Below are positions 59,739 to 64,000 of a stretch of 64,000 nucleotides of DNA, in pieces; position 1 is the stretch's first letter, and each line of letters starts with the position of its first letter. The DNA is taken from positions 544,001-608,000 of the forward strand of contig CBDFIJ010000004.1 of assembly GCA_965248055.1 (NCBI GenBank), read 5' to 3'. Both the position numbers and the translations under genes were made by a program. The stretch is from Candidatus Multivoradales bacterium (GTDB taxonomy: Bacteria; Acidobacteriota; Thermoanaerobaculia; Multivoradales; JAHEKO01). The notes below the pieces were generated by a model. It had not been told where the DNA came from and did no database searches. It saw nothing but the letters and a program-made list of their open reading frames with translations.

Positions 59739-61097
59739 TCAGCGATCTATCTCTGAGCGGTCGAGTTCCAATTCGTCCCACAGGAAATCAAAGTTCGCTG
59801 GTTCCTCGCCGGCTTCTCGAGCTCGGCGTCTTTCGAGTACTTCATAGCTCTCCAGCAGCCGCGTGACCTCGCGCCGACCTTGAACCGTTCTCACTGCATT
59901 GCGGGGAGAAACATCGCCCAGAGCCGGAATCTCATCCTCCACCCAGTTCCTGTAGACACGACGGTGGATCTGCTCCCTGATCTCCGGGGTGATCTCGATC
60001 TCGCTGTTGTTCAATTTCTCGGCCGGACGCCGCTTAAGAAGCGCCACTGGATCAGAAATTTCTCGGGTGACGAATGCCACCGTAGCGTCAAATGCCTCCT
60101 CAAACCACGATTTGTTGCTTTCGGCCAATGGAACTGAACGCGAAAAAAGTTCGATCCGATCCGACCGCTTACCGGGATTGATTCCCAGCAGTACTCGCGA
60201 ATGCGCTACCCCCGGCTCTTCGAGCCGCACCCATCCATTCTCCGCATCCCCCTCCACTTCCTTCAAGCGCGCCAACACATTGTCAAATGCGCCACGATCA
60301 CGGATCCGGTAGTGATCGGTTACAAACATCGCGGCTTCACCCGTGGCCGCATCAACAATAACTGGCCCTCGTGTCACACTCATCAACGCTCGTAGCCATA
60401 TGTCAATCAGGTCCAGAGATAGATCATCTGGGTCTACATCATCAGCCTGCTCCCATTCACTCACTGCCTGTGCAACCACCGATTCAACCGTGCTCAATCC
60501 GTAGATCGCCCCGCTTAGCACCTCGACTTCTGCCGCAACAACCCGTGCCAATATGAGATCGCCAGCCTGAAGCGCCTGTGATCCCGCACGCTCCACGACC
60601 CGCCGCGGTGCAGACGCCCTATCCACATAGTCTTGCAGGACCAGAGCCTGTCCTGGGATCGACTCGACAATCCGGTAGGGTTGAAGCGGGTTTCGCTGAA
60701 GCTCTTCCAAATACCCACGGCCCTCGGCGGACAAGATTGGGCCATCCGGGCCCAATGCAAGCGATATGGTCGATTCCCAACCGTCCCCTGTCAGCAGTTC
60801 ACCATCAGCGATCAGCCACTCCTGAGAATTGATGAGGACCATCTCATGGAGATCATCAGGTAGCTCTCCGAGCTCCCCCTTTTCCTCATCCGACAAGCTG
60901 CCGAAATACAATTCCTCCAATTCTTGCTGAGCGGATTCGGCGTGATTCTCCGCGATCCAACTCAAGACTCTTCCAACAGTACCGTCTGTCGCCGACCTTG
61001 CTCGCGCGGCTTCCTGGCGCCGACGCGAACAGCACCTCTTGTATTTACGCCCACTGCCGCAAGGGCAAGGTTCATTGCGTCCTGGATTGCCACTCAT
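59739..61097 (-). CDS. SEC-C motif protein with a C-terminal Xre/MbcA/ParS-like domain
   Basis: GRNEPCPCGSGRKYKRCC; 'NWVEDEIPALGDVSPRNAV...VTRLL'. Confidence 0.82.
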   Translation of the reverse strand: MSGNPGRNEPCPCGSGRKYKRCCSRRRQEAARARSATDGTVGRVLSWIAENHAESAQQELEELYFGSLSDEEKGELGELPDDLHEMVLINSQEWLIADGELLTGDGWESTISLALGPDGPILSAEGRGYLEELQRNPLQPYRIVESIPGQALVLQDYVDRASAPRRVVERAGSQALQAGDLILARVVAAEVEVLSGAIYGLSTVESVVAQAVSEWEQADDVDPDDLSLDLIDIWLRALMSVTRGPVIVDAATGEAAMFVTDHYRIRDRGAFDNVLARLKEVEGDAENGWVRLEEPGVAHSRVLLGINPGKRSDRIELFSRSVPLAESNKSWFEEAFDATVAFVTREISDPVALLKRRPAEKLNNSEIEITPEIREQIHRRVYRNWVEDEIPALGDVSPRNAVRTVQGRREVTRLLESYEVLERRRAREAGEEPANFDFLWDELELDRSEIDR

Positions 61098-61176
61098 CTT
61101 GACCCCATCATATTGCCCCTCTCTCATGCTTGGTAGGGCCGTTGCAAGACGCCTTCAGACGAAGCTCTCCCAGATA

Positions 61177-61210
61177 GGTTCCAGGTGAATTGTGGGAGAT
61201 CTCCAGAGTG
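61177..61210 (+). repeat. 34-bp motif copy 3, 19 bp upstream of the HUH transposase start
   Basis: Identical to 59552-59585. Confidence 0.93.
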
Positions 61211-61229
61211 AAATGCGTCTCTTATTAAT

Positions 61230-61523
61230 ATGGCGAGAAGATTACGCTTCATTCCACCCAATGGCGCCCTGGTCGAGATTACCTGCCGCACGTTCCAAGG
61301 ATGCTACTTGCTCAAACCCTCTCCGGTGGTCAACGACATGGTTCTTGGCGTCTTGGGTCGCGCGCAAAGACTCTACCCTGTAGACGTCCATGCCTTCGTC
61401 TTCATGTCCAACCACTACCACCTCCTGATTTCCGTTCCCGATGCCCAGCGCATGGCCAACTTCATGCGCTATTTCAACTCGAACCTAGCCCGCGAGATCG
61501 GCCTTATGCGAAGGCCCGAATAG
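61230..61523 (+). pseudogene. Truncated Y1/HUH tyrosine transposase (IS200-like, RAYT type)
   Basis: MARRLR..., ITCRT, AFVFMSNHYHLL (HUH motif); stops after 'NSNLAREIG', so the catalytic Tyr region is absent. Confidence 0.82.
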
Positions 61524-63002
61524 CCACCCCGGGGCTGATGAAATACTGTGGTCTTCCATAAACTCAAGCACACCCTGATAGCCGAGATTACGTCCTAGAC
61601 CACTCTGTTTGAAACCGCCAAATGGCGCTCTGCTGTCTTGTGCCATCGGCCCGTGCGCATTCAAATAGGTATATCCGGCGTGCAACCGGCGAGCAAGACC
61701 CAACGCGCGTTGGGGGTCTTCCGTCCACACAGAGGAGCAGAGACCAAATTCTGAGTCATTCGCCATTTCCACTGCAACCTGCACATCGTCGAATGGAATG
61801 ATCGGCACCACGGGTCCAAATTGTTCGCTATTGACCACCTTAAACGAAGCATCAACATCGGTAACCACGGTAGGCCGATGAAAGTATCCTTGGTCAAAAG
61901 TCGCTGAGTCGGCGATCTTTCCGAGTTCACGAACCGTTGCCCCTTTTGCCCTTGCTTCATCGACCAACTCGCGGACGAAATCCATCTGCGCCTTGTTGTT
62001 GAGAGGGCCCATAGTGACGGCAGAATCGAGCCCGTCACCGACCACATGCTCGTCAACAACGGCGGTAAAACCGTCCACCAACTCCTGGTATCGAGAACGA
62101 TGGACATAGATCCGCTTGAGAGCCATGCACACCTGCCCCGTGGTCAAGAAGACACTCAGCACCATGCGGCGAAGCGCATCCTCCCCAAGATCCGCGTCCT
62201 CGAGTATCAGGCCAGCGTCGTTGCCACCCAGCTCCAAAGTCACGTGCTTCAACGTCGGCGCCACCGAAGCCATGACGTGCCGCCCGGTCTCGATACCACC
62301 GGTAAAGTTCACTTTGCGAACCAACGGGTGAACCAGTAAAGCTTGCCCCACCTCACCCCCTGACCCAGTCACCAGGTTGATCACCCCGGGAGGCAATACG
62401 CGCGCCATTCGTTCGATCGTTTGTGCCGGTGCCAGCGACGCCGAACGGGCCAACTTGATGACCACCGTGTTGCCGGCCATCAATGCCTGCGGAAGCTTTG
62501 CGCCGAGAATCGAGAGCGGCCAATTCCACGGCGTAATCAGTGCGGCAACGCCGCGCGGTTGGCGGGTGATGATGGTGTCGAAAGGCGGTCCGGCAAGGTG
62601 TTCTTCCTCTGCCAAGCGTTCTGCCATCGAAGCGCACAACCGAAAGCGGTCTCCCAGTCGAGCCACCTCCAGGTGGGCTTCTTTGAGAACCTTCCCGTGC
62701 TCCCGAGTAAATAGCCGAGACCGCGTCGCTACTTCCTGTGGATCATTCGCTAAGTGATCGGCTACTTGGACCAAGTAGCCAGCTCGTTCTTGGAAAGTGA
62801 GCGCGGCCCAAGCTGGAAACGCTCGATCGGCTGCCTCGACCGCCGCGTCAACGTCTTGTTGGCTCCCTGCGGCAGCACGGCCTACCGTTTCGCTAGGTCG
62901 CGCTGGATTGCAAACCGAGTAGTAGTTTCCCAACTTAGGCGGACGCCATTCCCCATCAATAATCAACTGTGTTTCGACCGAAGCCTCGGACTGTATGGTC
63001 AC
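61485..63002 (-). CDS. Aldehyde dehydrogenase
   Basis: ITPWNWP, FTGG, LELGGNDA, GQVCMA, EQFGPV, PFGGFKQSGLGR motifs. Confidence 0.95.
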   Translation of the reverse strand: MTIQSEASVETQLIIDGEWRPPKLGNYYSVCNPARPSETVGRAAAGSQQDVDAAVEAADRAFPAWAALTFQERAGYLVQVADHLANDPQEVATRSRLFTREHGKVLKEAHLEVARLGDRFRLCASMAERLAEEEHLAGPPFDTIITRQPRGVAALITPWNWPLSILGAKLPQALMAGNTVVIKLARSASLAPAQTIERMARVLPPGVINLVTGSGGEVGQALLVHPLVRKVNFTGGIETGRHVMASVAPTLKHVTLELGGNDAGLILEDADLGEDALRRMVLSVFLTTGQVCMALKRIYVHRSRYQELVDGFTAVVDEHVVGDGLDSAVTMGPLNNKAQMDFVRELVDEARAKGATVRELGKIADSATFDQGYFHRPTVVTDVDASFKVVNSEQFGPVVPIIPFDDVQVAVEMANDSEFGLCSSVWTEDPQRALGLARRLHAGYTYLNAHGPMAQDSRAPFGGFKQSGLGRNLGYQGVLEFMEDHSISSAPGWLFGPSHKADLAG

Positions 63003-64000
63003 TGCCTATCTCCTTGTTCGCTCGCGATTCGACTTTGTGATTCCAGTACATCGGGTTGCCGACAGGCAAAGTTTTCCGCTTGATCAATACTGCCCACGCC
63101 TAGATAACGTGCAACCATCGGATAAGCACAGACAAGTCTCGTCCGAGTCACCTCCGCTCCCTCCGAGGTAGCAGACATTCCACCCGGGCCGCGGCCTACT
63201 CCGAATGCTTCTCCGGCCAACTTGCTCGCCACAAGCTGAGTGGGAGCGATGTCCGCTTCAACCCATTGTTCGAGTGCAGATAGATCGTCGAATCGATCGG
63301 GGCCAGGGCCTCCGCTGCAGTGGTACATCCCCGGAACCATGAATAGCCGAATCACGTCGTTCGCTATTTCGTGTCCCATGGTTTCATGCACGCGATCAAA
63401 GTATTTGATCGTACGTAGCGGGTTGAGACCGACATCGGCCCAACCATGCCACATTAAGATCTTGCCACCGTGCTGATGCAATCCGGTCAAATCAGCATCG
63501 TCAGCGTTCATCAGTTCGGTCATCAAGGTGAAGTCGGGCACCGATTCAAAATCAAAGTCAACCAGCACATCAAACTCCGGACGATCTTCTTCAAAAGCTA
63601 GGTACTGAAAGAAGCTGCGCGCGTTTCTCAGTTGCACCGGCTCAAAGTCATTGCCACCGTAGGCATCTTCTCCATCACTTGTAGAACCTGCATGCAAAGA
63701 GTGGGAGCCGATGAAGTATATGTCCCAACCGCCGGTGAAACCCGAGCTTGCGTTGTCCATCCACTCCCCTCCCACGACATGCCCCGGGTACCGTTCTGGC
63801 CCCGGCCCCGCATAGATCTTGGCGATAGCGGCTATCTGTGCGGTGCTGAAGCAGTCGTTCTGGTCTCCCTCGCTACACACCGTGAGGTCTCTCTGTGGAT
63901 CAAAATCACAACGACGCGGATCGTCAATGAGACCGTCTTCAAATCCGTCGCGACCATCACAGTTACGATAGACAGCCGCACCCAACGCCTTCAGTTTTTC
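62999..64000 (-). CDS. Tannase/feruloyl esterase family hydrolase (5' part outside the window)
   Basis: CDGRDGFEDGLIDDPRRC, GGKILMWHGWAD, RLFMVPGMYHCSGG, TRLVCAYP motifs. Confidence 0.92.
   Translation of the reverse strand, partial: EKLKALGAAVYRNCDGRDGFEDGLIDDPRRCDFDPQRDLTVCSEGDQNDCFSTAQIAAIAKIYAGPGPERYPGHVVGGEWMDNASSGFTGGWDIYFIGSHSLHAGSTSDGEDAYGGNDFEPVQLRNARSFFQYLAFEEDRPEFDVLVDFDFESVPDFTLMTELMNADDADLTGLHQHGGKILMWHGWADVGLNPLRTIKYFDRVHETMGHEIANDVIRLFMVPGMYHCSGGPGPDRFDDLSALEQWVEADIAPTQLVASKLAGEAFGVGRGPGGMSATSEGAEVTRTRLVCAYPMVARYLGVGSIDQAENFACRQPDVLESQSRIASEQGDRQ

Noticed and set aside
59552-61210. CRISPR repeats or integron attC sites
   Set aside because: Spacing is irregular (127 bp and 1.5 kb), there are no RYYYAAC/GTTRRRY boxes, and no cas or intI gene.

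Overview
GC-rich (~58-60%) bacterial window; the gene content and protein styles suggest Acidobacteriota (Thermoanaerobaculia-like), which is inference only. Left end (1-7.25 kb): tail of a type I restriction-modification locus (HATPase/HTH gene, hsdM-like remnant, hsdS, two cargo genes, hsdR, M48 peptidase). Middle: mostly core genes, namely ybdK-like ligase, alkaline phosphatase, MscS, beta-CASP nuclease, Na+/H+ antiporter, TonB receptor, tal-pgi-gnd-zwf-pgl operon, xth, a type IV minor-pilin/PilY1 cluster, hemW, lepA, cbpA-like/clpB, a cytochrome b + multiheme c gene paired with an FG-GAP/ASPIC-UnbV/TPR gene, and an hcrCAB-like molybdoenzyme operon. Right end (57.4-64 kb): a rearranged mosaic with a ychF remnant, a duplicated aldehyde dehydrogenase 3' end, IS256, a transposase fragment, a SEC-C gene, a truncated HUH (RAYT-like) transposase, an aldehyde dehydrogenase and a tannase/feruloyl esterase. 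Most notable: three direct copies of a GGTTCCAGGTGAATT motif that partition DNA into cassette-like units in front of the HUH transposase; a tandem structured leader before hcrCAB; an in-frame TAG-ATG junction between tal and pgi; the cytochrome b/c + beta-propeller pair; and several pseudogenes with small deletions. No tRNA, rRNA or CRISPR array was seen.
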